DNA of 64,000 bases from an uncultured Actinomycetes bacterium (GTDB lineage: Bacteria > Actinomycetota > Thermoleophilia > RBG-16-64-13), in contig CAWJDT010000001.1 in NCBI GenBank assembly GCA_963841735.1, positions 352,001 through 416,000 on the forward strand, written 5' to 3'. Position numbers and translations under genes: made by a program. Positions 50,304-59,848 of this stretch are shown in pieces. The first letter of the stretch is position 1; each line of letters begins with the position of its first letter. The notes below the pieces were generated by a model. It saw nothing but the letters and a program-made list of their open reading frames with translations. It was not told where the DNA came from and made no database searches.

Positions 50304-50650
50304 GGTGTCAAGAGCGATTCTTGGGTTGCTTCTTCCTCCTCTGCTCGGTTTCTATCATCCCTCTTCCGCCGCGAAGAGCCAAGACCACGGCCACGCTTCC
50401 ATTCGCACTTTTTGTCGGGAACCTATGGCGGGACCCGGTGCACGTTGGGGTCCGGCCGGGGGAAGCGCTGCTATCTGTATAGCGGCCTTGGGGACGGCAC
50501 CGGGTTGGTGTCGTTCTGTACGGCCGAGTCTGTGTGCGCAGTCGCTTTCACCCTGGGCGGTTGGTCTTTTTGCTGGTCTCCTGCGATGGGTTCACCCGCC
50601 GGTCTTCCTTGGTTATCGATCCTTCCCGTCGGCATCTCTCATCTTCACCG
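50304..50650 (-). ncRNA. Putative bridge/seekRNA of the IS1111-type element
   Basis: Non-coding region 3' of tnp; stem/internal loop at 50463-50547 whose two unpaired strands match the target flanks; RNA ends unknown. Confidence 0.7.
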
Positions 50651-50653
50651 CTC

Positions 50654-51736
50654 CTAGGTGGTGGGCGCAGTCTCGCCGCGGAGCCGGACGTTGCGCAGTG
50701 GCTCGTAGACCTCACCGGTCCTCCAGAGGTGCAGGAGGAGCACCGAGAGCTTGCGGGCCACCGCCACTACCGCTCGCTTCTTGCCCCGCTTGCCGCCCTG
50801 CGCGGCCAAGGCAAGACCCCAACGCCTGAGATCCGAGTCCGGGCCGAAGGGCCCGAGGATGTAGTGGGCGGCGCTCACGAGGAGCCAGCGCAGGTGCTCG
50901 TCCCCGGCTTTGGTGATGCGCAGCTGAGGCTCCAGGGAACCGGAGCTTGCCTGCCGGGGCCTGAGGCCGAGATACGAGCCCACCGAGCGGCACTTGGGGA
51001 AGCGCTCGGGATCTTCCACGGTAAGGACATAGACTGTGGCCGTAAGCGTGCCCACGCCGGGCACCTGGGAGAGAAGCGCGGTCTCTGGGTAGCGCTCCTT
51101 GGCCATGTCTTCGATCTTCTGATCGAGAGCGCGGATCTCATCGGAGATGTTCTGGATGACGGTGAGGACCGGAGCCAGGGCGGGAGCGAGCTCCTCGGGG
51201 ACACACGGCCCGGCCTTTTGGGCAAAGACGTCGCTCGCGCAGGTGGGCAGGCGGCTGCCCAAGGACTTCGTGCAGCCGCGGGCATGACTGATCAGACGGG
51301 TGCGAGCCCTGACCAGGGCATTGCGACTGCGCACAAGCGCGAGGTCGGACTGGGTCTCGGCTCTCCGATGGGTGAGGGGGGCCAGCAGCTCCGGGTCCAG
51401 ACGACCGACCCGGGCCAGGTACTCGGCGTCCACCCGGTCTGACTTCGAGTCGTTCTGGTAGATGAAGCGGAGCTTGCGGGGATTGGCCACGACAACGTCG
51501 TGTCCAAGTTCGGAAAGCAGACGGCTAACCCAGGGGGAGTGGGTGCCGGCCTCGATCACGATGCGTAGCGGATCCGCCCCGGAGAAGCGGCGACGCAAGG
51601 CTTCCGGCTTGGTCGTCACCCGGCCCTCCTCGGTCACCTCGCCCGCTTCGTCGAGCACACAGATCTGACAACAACGGTCGCTCAGATCGAGACCCACGGT
51701 CACCTTCGCTTGCTCGGTGGTGCTAGCATCGCACAT
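50654..51736 (-). CDS. IS110-family transposase/recombinase
   Basis: DEDD: VGLDLS, VIEAG, KSDRVDA; VPGVG, YLGL.P....SG (catalytic Ser), A.VAVARKL. Confidence 0.95.
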   Translation of the reverse strand: MCDASTTEQAKVTVGLDLSDRCCQICVLDEAGEVTEEGRVTTKPEALRRRFSGADPLRIVIEAGTHSPWVSRLLSELGHDVVVANPRKLRFIYQNDSKSDRVDAEYLARVGRLDPELLAPLTHRRAETQSDLALVRSRNALVRARTRLISHARGCTKSLGSRLPTCASDVFAQKAGPCVPEELAPALAPVLTVIQNISDEIRALDQKIEDMAKERYPETALLSQVPGVGTLTATVYVLTVEDPERFPKCRSVGSYLGLRPRQASSGSLEPQLRITKAGDEHLRWLLVSAAHYILGPFGPDSDLRRWGLALAAQGGKRGKKRAVVAVARKLSVLLLHLWRTGEVYEPLRNVRLRGETAPTT

Positions 51737-51838
51737 GGCTGGCCTCCTTCATTTGGGCCCACGAGCCCGACTCTGATTGGGGACCTCACGGTACTCCGGG
51801 GGAGGTCGGCCTTCTCATCCCATCTGTATATGCCCGCC

Positions 51839-51922
51839 CTACAGGGAGTCAAGCGGGCTGGGCACGCCTTAGCCGCCTCGGTCGTAGATCATGGTCGTGT
51901 AAACGCTTTCGTGTCCCAGAAC
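51839..51922 (-). pseudogene. intI: Integron integrase C-terminal relic (locus B)
   Basis: Manual translation VLGHESVYTTMIY-DRGG*GVPSPLDSL* matches the IntI C-terminus with a short deletion and a nonsense codon. Confidence 0.8.
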
Positions 51923-51967
51923 CTGTGGCGACCTACGTGCTTGACGATGCGCTCCGCGCCCCCGGAG

Positions 51968-51994
51968 GAAAGGAAGGGGCGCCTTTCGGCGCCC
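51968..51994 (-). terminator. Rho-independent terminator
   Basis: Minus strand GGGCGCC-GAAA-GGCGCCCC-TTCCTTTC. Confidence 0.65.
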
Positions 51995-52075
51995 AAAGGA
52001 AACGAATCAGGATTTGCCCAGAGCCTCGGCGGTAGTCGTCACGCCCAGAGTCGCGGCCCTACAGCTCGGCCGCGC

Positions 52076-52522
52076 TCACCGTGCAGCCGCCGCGCCCTCT
52101 ACGACCACGCGTTGATTCGCGCTCTGCTTCCGCCACGACCATGCGTAGCCCATGACGAACAACATGGTGGCGATCTCGACGATCGCGAAGAAGGCGTAGA
52201 AGAGAGTCACTCCGCCTTCGGTCAGCGACCAGGTGAGAAGTGCTATGTGCACGATGGCGGCGCCGATGTTGGCCCGGCGATTCCACACATCGGGCAACAC
52301 CCGCGACAGAAGCACCATGGCTATGGATGTCTCCATGATCACGGCGAAGAAGAGTATGGCCCCGGCGCTCATATCCACCGTCCCTTTCATCGCCGGATCG
52401 AAGGAGAGGCCGAAGATATCGGCGTAGAGGTAGTTGAGAACCATGAACACCCATAGCGTCGAGAGCATCACCCTTCTGTCTTTCCACACCGAACGCCTGT
52501 TGCCTGAGTCGCTGCTTGCCAT
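52076..52522 (-). CDS. DUF6326-like membrane protein
   Basis: LSTLWVFMVLNYLYADI, NRRANI. Confidence 0.75.
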   Translation of the reverse strand: MASSDSGNRRSVWKDRRVMLSTLWVFMVLNYLYADIFGLSFDPAMKGTVDMSAGAILFFAVIMETSIAMVLLSRVLPDVWNRRANIGAAIVHIALLTWSLTEGGVTLFYAFFAIVEIATMLFVMGYAWSWRKQSANQRVVVEGAAAAR

Positions 52523-52543
52523 CGTCAAACCCTCCTGTTACAT

Positions 52544-52597
52544 ACTTACGTTGTAAGTCTCTGTTCGCATGGTACACTTACACCGTAAGTCTGTCAA
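52544..52597. promoter_or_regulatory. Two TetR operators overlapping a minus-strand promoter
   Basis: ACTTAC-N3-GTAAGT at 52544-52558 and 52576-52590; TTGACA (52597-52592), 17 bp spacer, TACCAT. Confidence 0.8.
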
Positions 52598-52612
52598 GCA
52601 AAGGACCATCAC

Positions 52613-53281
52613 ATGTCAGCACGGCGCCAACCTGGATCGGAGCCCCGGGCTCCTTTGAACAGAGAGAGGGTGTTGAGGGCCGCCATCGGTCTCGCGGATG
52701 ACGAAGGCATGGATGCGCTGACCATGCGCAGACTCGGTGAGCGACTGGGCGTGGAGGCTATGTCGCTCTACAACCATGTCGCCAACAAGGAAGACCTCCT
52801 GGTCGGCATGGGCGACATCATCTTGGGCGAGATCGAACTGCCGGCGGAAGACGTCGACTGGAAGACGGCCATGCGCCGCCGAGCCGTCTCGGCTCGCGAC
52901 GTGTTCGTAAGCCACCCCTGGGCGGTCGTCTTGGTAGACACGCGCGCGCATCCCGGCCCAGCGGCGCTTCGCTACGCAGACTCGGTGCTTGGGTCTCTGA
53001 GAAGGGGCGGCTTCACGCCCAACATGGCCGCGCGCGCCTTCTGGGTGCTCGATAGCTACGTCTACGGGTCCGCGCGGCAGCAGTCGAATGTGCAGCTCCA
53101 GGAGGCGGCCGACCCCACGAGCGCGCAGGCAACACGAGAGCTTCCCCCCGATACCTACCCTTACCTCGTGGAGACGGCCCTCAGCTACACAGCGGAACCC
53201 GGTTGGAACACCGAGGATGAATTCGAGTTCGGCCTGGAGATGATCCTCGAAGGCCTTGAGCGCCGCCTGGGCGCCGAGTAA
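52613..53281 (+). CDS. TetR family regulator (TetR_C type)
   Basis: LTMRRLG.RLGVEAMSLYNHVANKEDL, FEFGLE.IL.GL. Confidence 0.92.
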   Translation: MSARRQPGSEPRAPLNRERVLRAAIGLADDEGMDALTMRRLGERLGVEAMSLYNHVANKEDLLVGMGDIILGEIELPAEDVDWKTAMRRRAVSARDVFVSHPWAVVLVDTRAHPGPAALRYADSVLGSLRRGGFTPNMAARAFWVLDSYVYGSARQQSNVQLQEAADPTSAQATRELPPDTYPYLVETALSYTAEPGWNTEDEFEFGLEMILEGLERRLGAE

Positions 53282-53376
53282 CCGGCGCCACAGCCGGAGC
53301 CGCCGAGTAGCCAGGCGTCCGGGCGACGGGGCAACCGAGGCCCAGCCGACCCGACGGCCGAGCGACCCACTCGCGC

Positions 53377-54342
53377 CTACTCCACGGTCAGAACGACCTT
53401 GCCCTGGTGGCGCCCTTCGCCGAAGTACCGCATGGCCTCCGCCGCTTGGCCCAGCGTGTAGCGACCGTCCACCACGGGCCTGACTTTGCCGGTTTCGACG
53501 AGCCCGGTCATGTATCCCAGGTCCTTGTTCGGCTTTAGGCCGACCACGCGCACCCGCTTCTTGTGCGCCATCGCGACCAACGGCCCCAGCAGCGCGACTT
53601 CAGCGAGCCGGCCCAACGAGCCCCCGACCGTGACGTAGGTACCGCCGGGGCTGAGCGCGCGCAGGTAGGCGCGAAGCGGCCGGTTGGTCTTGACGTCCAG
53701 GATCAGGTCGTACTGCTGCCCCGTGCTGGTGAAGTCCTGTTGCGCGTAGTCGAGCACGTGGTCGAAGCCCAGCGACCTCAGCATGTCCAGTTTGGCGGAG
53801 CTGTCGACGCCGGTGGTCTCCGCCCCGTACAGGCGGGCGATCTGGATGGCAAACGTGCCTACGCCGCCACCCGCTCCGTTGACCAGAAGTTTCTGCCCTT
53901 GGCGAAGCTGCCCTATGTCTAGCAGGCCCTGTACGGCGAGCATCGCCGCCTGCGGTATCGCGGCAGCTTCTTCGAAGGTCAGGCCTGCCGGCTTCGGAGC
54001 GAGCTCCGTTTCGCGAGCGCACGCGTACTCGGCGAAGCCACCCCAGCGGCCGCTTACATCGCCGAACACCTGGTCGCCCAGCTGGAACCGCTTCGTGTCC
54101 TTGCCGACTGCTTCGACTACACCCGCGATATCGGAGCCGAGGATCTGCTTCTTTGGCTTCCACAGACCGAACATCATCCGGTTCACGAAGGTGGCGCCTT
54201 GAAGGCCCTGCCAGTCCCAATCGTTGATGGCAACGGCGCGGACTCCCACCAGGACCTCGTCATCCTTGGGGATGGGCTTCGCTACGTCCCGCGGTTCGAG
54301 ATACTCAGCCCTGCCGTACCTGGTGAACACGATGGCTTTCAC
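53377..54342 (-). CDS. MDR/QOR family NAD(P)-dependent oxidoreductase
   Basis: GGFAEY, NGAGGGVGT, GKVVLT; paralog of 40667-41635. Confidence 0.9.
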   Translation of the reverse strand: MKAIVFTRYGRAEYLEPRDVAKPIPKDDEVLVGVRAVAINDWDWQGLQGATFVNRMMFGLWKPKKQILGSDIAGVVEAVGKDTKRFQLGDQVFGDVSGRWGGFAEYACARETELAPKPAGLTFEEAAAIPQAAMLAVQGLLDIGQLRQGQKLLVNGAGGGVGTFAIQIARLYGAETTGVDSSAKLDMLRSLGFDHVLDYAQQDFTSTGQQYDLILDVKTNRPLRAYLRALSPGGTYVTVGGSLGRLAEVALLGPLVAMAHKKRVRVVGLKPNKDLGYMTGLVETGKVRPVVDGRYTLGQAAEAMRYFGEGRHQGKVVLTVE

Positions 54343-55571
54343 GGGCTCAGCCAGTTCGTATCACGCTGAAGAAACATGTCAGACAGTCGCCTGTAGGCCC
54401 ACCCCGGGGGAGTGGCGGTTCCTTCATAACCCGCCAGATCCTGCATTGCGGCAATCTCTTCAGAAGTAGCCTTGGGAGCAGGGAACTCCAGCACCAACAC
54501 CGCCCGGCCAGATTCCTGTCGCACGTAGTAGCGCAGGCCGGTCCCGTTCGACGGGGTGAGCATCTCGGCGAAGGAGCGCCCCGAAAAGGATGGATAGGCC
54601 GCCAGGCGCTCCAACAGGACGGGAGCCGTCGCCTCGGCCGATTCGGCATCGCGATAGACGAGGCCCAAACGAGCGATCTGTTCATCACCGGTCACGACAT
54701 CAGCCAGGACAAGCAGTTCAAAGGTGGGCGCTATGTTCAGCGCCATGGTCAGACCGGCGATAGTCGCCTGCAAGACATCGGCATCCTCACCTACCGCGTT
54801 GACGGCAGCCCGATAGCCAGGGGCGTCTGCCAGGTTGGGCACTGTTCCCGCCACCGCGCCCGCATGCGCCAACACCAATTCCAGGTCGGCCGAAGACATC
54901 AGCAGATCGTCGCTGATGATCATCGGCTGGCGCCGTCCCAGCTCCCCGCCGAACGGGTTCTCCACCACTCTGTATGACAAGTCTATTCGAAGGCCGTCCT
55001 CCGGATCTTTCCCCGAGCACCAGACTGTCACTCCGTCGAAGTCCTTCGGTGCCAAGCCTATGTTGGCTTGGTAGGCGGTGCGGATGGCGTCCGCGTCGAA
55101 GCTGCCGGCCAACATCAAGCCGTCGCTGGGCGGTACACCGAACTGGACTGCTTGGTCGACCTCAAGCGGGCTGAACCCGACCGCTGCCGGCCCGGTTTCC
55201 ATCCCGGCTTGCCAGTATCGGCTGTATGACCAGGCGATCCCTCGAAGTAGAGCCCACCAGACCTTGTGGGCTTCGTCGGCCTCCGAGATACCAGCAAACT
55301 CCTGGGCATCCGCTGGGCGGGTGGCATGGTAGGCGGAATCCATGGCGGAGTAGTCCACGAAGTAGATGAATCCCTCAGTCTGACTGATGGGGTCTTCCGG
55401 GATGCCCGCCAGCAAAGATAGTAGCGGCGTAGTGCTGGACGTCGGACCGGGGCTAGGTGTCGGAGCCGTACTGGGTGTGTCCGCCATCTTGGCTCCGCAA
55501 GATGTGCAAACGAGAGCAACCAACAGCAACACAACGCCTAGAACATGCAGGACTCGGGGGTTCGCCTTCAT
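54339..55571 (-). CDS. Lipoprotein of unknown function
   Basis: Signal peptide with CTSC lipobox, P/T/S-rich linker. Confidence 0.7.
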   Translation of the reverse strand: MKANPRVLHVLGVVLLLVALVCTSCGAKMADTPSTAPTPSPGPTSSTTPLLSLLAGIPEDPISQTEGFIYFVDYSAMDSAYHATRPADAQEFAGISEADEAHKVWWALLRGIAWSYSRYWQAGMETGPAAVGFSPLEVDQAVQFGVPPSDGLMLAGSFDADAIRTAYQANIGLAPKDFDGVTVWCSGKDPEDGLRIDLSYRVVENPFGGELGRRQPMIISDDLLMSSADLELVLAHAGAVAGTVPNLADAPGYRAAVNAVGEDADVLQATIAGLTMALNIAPTFELLVLADVVTGDEQIARLGLVYRDAESAEATAPVLLERLAAYPSFSGRSFAEMLTPSNGTGLRYYVRQESGRAVLVLEFPAPKATSEEIAAMQDLAGYEGTATPPGWAYRRLSDMFLQRDTNWLSP

Positions 55572-55669
55572 ATCCTATGCCCCCATTCTTTTGGTGCCAG
55601 GGACTTCCGCCGTTCACTTCATATCATAAGGCGAAAGCGCGCGGGCGCCGACCTGGTGGAGAGCCGACT

Positions 55670-56815
55670 TCACACCCGGATGCACGCCACGTAATGCCCT
55701 GGGCTTATCTCTCTGGTCTCGGGCATGGCCTCGCTACAGGCCGGGATGGCCACGCTGCAGCGCTCATGGAAAGGACAACCCGCGGGCGGGTGTAAGGGAC
55801 TCGGTACTTCGCCTGTCAAGACGATACGCTCCCTGGTCTGCTCCACCTCCGGGTCAGGCACCGGCACGGCCGAGAGCAAGGCCTTGGTGTAGGGATGCAA
55901 GGGATGGTCGCAGAGCTCCCGGGCCGGAGCGGTCTCTACGATATGACCCAGATACATCACCGCGATGCGGTCGCTCACGTGCCTGACCACGGCCAAGTCG
56001 TGAGCGATGAACATGTAAGACAGGTCCTGGAACTTGGCCTGCAGGTCTTTAAGCAGGTTGATCACCTGGGCCTGGATAGATACATCCAGGGCCGAGATGG
56101 GCTCGTCGCAGATGATCAAGGTGGGACCACAGGCCAGGGCCCGGGCGATGCCTATGCGTTGCCTTTGCCCGCCGGAGAACTCGTGAGGGAAACGACCGGC
56201 CATAGAGGGATCCAGCCCCACGATGCGCATGAGCTCGTCCACTCTGGCTCTGCGTTCGGCCTTGTTGGGTATGAGCTTGTGCGCTCGGATGGGCTCCCCG
56301 ATGATAGATCCTGCGGCTTGGCGGGGATCCAGCGAGCCATAGGGGTCCTGGAACATGTAGGCCATCTTCTTGCGCAGAGGCTTCATCTGCCTCTCGGTGA
56401 GATGGCTGATGTCCCTGCCTTCGAAGAGGATCTTGCCGGCGGTTGGTTTATGAAGACGGATGATGGCGCGGCCTACCGTGGTCTTGCCGCAACCACTCTC
56501 TCCAACCAGGCCCAGGACTTCGCCCCTTTTGAGCGTCAAACTGACCCCGTCGACGGCTTTGACATCGGCTACTTTGCGGAGCAGCAGGCCGCGCAGCACG
56601 GGGAAGTAGACCTTGAGGTCTTTTACCTCTAGAACTAGGTCGCTGTCGCCGTGCCCAAGCGAGCCCCGGCCGTGTCTTTGCGCGTCTTTGTCGTGGGCTC
56701 GGCGGGCTCTGCGGCTCGGGCGGAAACCCAGCCTCAAGGAGCGCTCGCCGCGGCCCTTGTCCTCGCCGCGGTCATGGCGGCGTTCACCCTTGCCGAGGCT
56801 CTTTTCGGGCTTCAC
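55670..56815 (-). CDS. Opp/Dpp ABC ATPase (OppF-like)
   Basis: [20 protein letters not shown], oligo_HPY tail. Confidence 0.92.
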   Translation of the reverse strand: MKPEKSLGKGERRHDRGEDKGRGERSLRLGFRPSRRARRAHDKDAQRHGRGSLGHGDSDLVLEVKDLKVYFPVLRGLLLRKVADVKAVDGVSLTLKRGEVLGLVGESGCGKTTVGRAIIRLHKPTAGKILFEGRDISHLTERQMKPLRKKMAYMFQDPYGSLDPRQAAGSIIGEPIRAHKLIPNKAERRARVDELMRIVGLDPSMAGRFPHEFSGGQRQRIGIARALACGPTLIICDEPISALDVSIQAQVINLLKDLQAKFQDLSYMFIAHDLAVVRHVSDRIAVMYLGHIVETAPARELCDHPLHPYTKALLSAVPVPDPEVEQTRERIVLTGEVPSPLHPPAGCPFHERCSVAIPACSEAMPETREISPGHYVACIRV

Positions 56816-57801
56816 TTCGCCACCCCTTCCGGGTTCACATAGCAGCGGGTGCAGTGGGCCTCACCCACGGACTCAAGCTCGGGCCAGGGGTCGCACTGAC
56901 AGCGCTCCACCGCATAGGTGCAGCGGGGCAGGAAGGCGCACTTGCCCGTCATGCGGCCCAAGTTGGGGGGCAGGCCCGGGATGGCTTCCAGCCGGCGGCC
57001 CTCCCCTTCGTCTATGCGCGGTACGCAGCGCAGTAGGCCGATGGTGTAGGGATGCCGGGGACGGGCGAATACTTCTTTGCAGGTGCCGCTCTCTACGATG
57101 CGTCCCGCGTACATGATGTAGAGGGTCTGGGCGTAGCGGGCCACCACTCCTAGGTTATGAGTCACGATGACCAGCGAGGAGTTGAACTTGGCCACCGCCG
57201 CCACCATCATCTCCAGGAGCTGGGCCTGGGTGGTGACGTCCAGGGCGGTGGTGGGCTCGTCGGCGATGACCAGTCTCGGGTTACAAGAGAGGGCCATGGC
57301 GATCATGGCCCTCTGGCGCATGCCGCCGCTGAACTGATGCGGATAGTCGCCCAGGCGGGTCTCGGCGTTGGGGATGCCTACCATCTCCAGGAGCTCGGTC
57401 GCCCGGGCTTTGGCTTCTTTCTTGTTCATCTTAAGATGCAGCTCCGGCATCTCGGTTAACTGCCGGCCGATGGTTAAGACCGGGTTAAGCGAGGTCATGG
57501 GCTCCTGGAAGATCATGGCTATCTTGCCGCCTCTGACCGAGCGCATCTCGGGGCCGTTGGCCTCATAGGCCATGAGGTCGCGGCCTTCAAAGAGGATCTC
57601 GCCTTGCGTGATCTTGCCGGGGGGACGGATGAGGCGCATCACCGAGAGCTGGGTGACCGACTTGCCGCAACCCGACTCGCCTACCACGCCTACGATCTCT
57701 TGCTCACGGATGGTAAAGGAGACATCGTCGACGGCCTTTACCAGGCCGTCGTCGGTGCGGAACTGGGTGTGCAGGTTCTTTACTTCTAGGAGGGGGGTCA
57801 T
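56812..57801 (-). CDS. Opp/Dpp ABC ATPase (OppD-like)
   Basis: [29 protein letters not shown]. Confidence 0.92.
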   Translation of the reverse strand: MTPLLEVKNLHTQFRTDDGLVKAVDDVSFTIREQEIVGVVGESGCGKSVTQLSVMRLIRPPGKITQGEILFEGRDLMAYEANGPEMRSVRGGKIAMIFQEPMTSLNPVLTIGRQLTEMPELHLKMNKKEAKARATELLEMVGIPNAETRLGDYPHQFSGGMRQRAMIAMALSCNPRLVIADEPTTALDVTTQAQLLEMMVAAVAKFNSSLVIVTHNLGVVARYAQTLYIMYAGRIVESGTCKEVFARPRHPYTIGLLRCVPRIDEGEGRRLEAIPGLPPNLGRMTGKCAFLPRCTYAVERCQCDPWPELESVGEAHCTRCYVNPEGVAK

Positions 57802-58702
57802 CTAGAGCGTCCCCCGCAGGCGGGGGTCAAGCGCGTCGCGCAGGCCGTCGCCCATCATGTTGAAGCCGAAGACCAAGAGCGCGATCCCCACCCCGGGGAA
57901 AAGAGCCAGCTGAGGCGCTCTGGTCAGAAACTGTCGTCCCGTATCGATCATGCTGCCCCAAGCAGCCGTTGGGGGGCTGATCCCCGCCCCCAAGAAGCTC
58001 AGTCCCGCCTCGGCCATTATCATCGCTCCCATAGATACTGTCATCATCACCAGGCACGGCGCCAGGGCGTTCGGGTAGACATGCCGAAACATGATCCATG
58101 GGTTGCTGACCCCGGCGCTGCGGCTGGCAAGCACATAGTCGTTCTGCTTGACGCTCATAGTCTGAGCGCACATCATGCGGCACTGTCCCGGTACGACGCC
58201 CACTGAGAGGGCGATTATCACGTTCTTCAGACCCCCACCCAGCACCACCGAGATGACAAGCGCAAGCACTATCAGAGGAACCGCCATCAAGGTGTCGGTG
58301 AGGCGCATGATAATGGTGTTGACCCAGCCGCCGAAATAGCCGGCCGTCAGGCCCAGCAGCTGGCCGATTATCGCCCCCAAGAACACGGCGCACACCCCGA
58401 CGATGAGAGCGGTACGAGCCCCATAGATCCAGCGGCTGAGCAGATCCCTGCCCACTTCGTCGGTGCCCAGCCAGTGCTCACTGCTGGGGCTGGCCAACTT
58501 GGCCAAAACATCGGTCTCGTAGGGATCATGGGGCGCGATCAACGGAGCGAACGACGGCCACTAGGATCATCAACACTAGAACGGCCAGACCCACCACCGC
58601 TAGTTTGCGCCTCCAGAATACGCGGACGACCCGCTTCCATTCCGGCAGCAGTGCCGGGACTTCCTCGTCTATGGGACGCGGGCATCCGACCTCAGCAGCC
58701 AT
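57802..58702 (-). CDS. Opp/Dpp ABC permease (OppC-like), frameshift near 58550
   Basis: HWLGTDEVGRD, EAGLSFLG, GDGLRDALDPR; N-terminal TM is in another frame. Confidence 0.88.
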
Positions 58703-58743
58703 GCTCACCCTCACTGGCATCCAAGAACCGCAACGCTACACTC

Positions 58744-59706
58744 CTATCTATAGCTTTGACGTATGCGCGGATCCAACCACGCGTACGCCACATCGACGAT
58801 GATGTTCACTGCGACGATTATGCAGGCCATCAGGAGGACCACCCCTTGTACGGCTTGGTAGTCCCTTCCGTTGATCGCCTCGGAGAGCATGCCCCCGATA
58901 CCGTCGATGGCAAAGACGTTCTCCACCAGCACTGAGCCTCCAAGCATGAAACCCACTTGGATCCCCAAGGTTGTGACTACCGGTATCAGCCCGTTCTTTA
59001 GCAGATGCCGCTTTACGATGATCCTCTCCGTCAACCCCTTGGACCAGGCAGTGCGGATGTAATCCTGGTGGGAGACCTCGAGCATGCTCGAACGCGCTTG
59101 CCGAGTCTGCGCAGCCAGGCCGAAGAGGGCAAGGGACAACACGGGCATGATCAGATGCTTGACATGCGATCCGAAGTCCTCGAAGGGGGACACGTACCCG
59201 GGAAACACATCAAGCCAACCCAATTTGTTGGCGAAGATGTACATGAGCACGATCCCCACCCAGAAGTTGGGCAAGGTGATGCCCAAGTTGGCGAGCACGC
59301 TTACCGTCGTATCCTGCCACTTGCCCCTTCGTATGGCCGCGATGATCCCAAAGAAGGGGCCTACGATACTGCTGATGAGTATGGCGAGAACCGCCAGATT
59401 CAAAGTCACCGGGAACGTCTTCGCGATCCGGGTGCCCACCTCGTCTCCAGAACTGATGGAATACCCCAGGTCTCCTTTGACTGCGCCACCCAACCAGCGA
59501 AAGTACTGCTGGATCAGGGGTTCATCGAGGTGGAATTCCTCTCTGAGTTGGGCTATCTCTTCCTCGCTGTAGGAGGTAGCCGTGTCTCCGAGGTACAACC
59601 TGATCGGATCGCCCGGCAACAGCCGCATCAAAAAGAAAATCAGCACAGTGACAAGTAATATGACGATGACGGCCTGGATCAGGCGACGAAGGATGTAGGT
59701 TGTCAC
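58744..59706 (-). CDS. Opp/Dpp ABC permease (OppB-like)
   Basis: YILRRL, LPGDP, GDLG.S, YIRTA.SKG, LDPRIR. Confidence 0.92.
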   Translation of the reverse strand: MTTYILRRLIQAVIVILLVTVLIFFLMRLLPGDPIRLYLGDTATSYSEEEIAQLREEFHLDEPLIQQYFRWLGGAVKGDLGYSISSGDEVGTRIAKTFPVTLNLAVLAILISSIVGPFFGIIAAIRRGKWQDTTVSVLANLGITLPNFWVGIVLMYIFANKLGWLDVFPGYVSPFEDFGSHVKHLIMPVLSLALFGLAAQTRQARSSMLEVSHQDYIRTAWSKGLTERIIVKRHLLKNGLIPVVTTLGIQVGFMLGGSVLVENVFAIDGIGGMLSEAINGRDYQAVQGVVLLMACIIVAVNIIVDVAYAWLDPRIRQSYR

Positions 59707-59848
59707 GTTGACCTTCCGGATACGTTTCCTAGAGACCCCACCAAGGCGCGGGACCGCCCAGCGGGCGCTACCCTGGCATCACTGCCAGGGTAGCGCCCCA
59801 ACACGGCTCGACCCCCATGCATAGAGCTCAAATCAGCGGCTGCGCGTC

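Larger units (their letters stand above)
50285..51825 (-). mobile_element. IS110-family (IS1111 group) insertion sequence
   Basis: CT core at both ends (50285-86, 51824-25); subterminal IRs ATGAGAAGCCGGCC (50290-50303) and GGTCGGCCTTCTCAT (51804-51818) at 3 and 7 nt from the ends; no target duplication. Confidence 0.9.

Noticed and set aside
50580-50612. GATGGG and TCTTCC as donor-binding guides of the bridge RNA
   Set aside because: The matches are short and I could not place them in a convincing internal loop by eye
50272-50829. Plus-strand ORFs over the IS non-coding end
   Set aside because: No motifs; they cross the IS boundary or overlap tnp antisense, and the region is better explained as structured RNA
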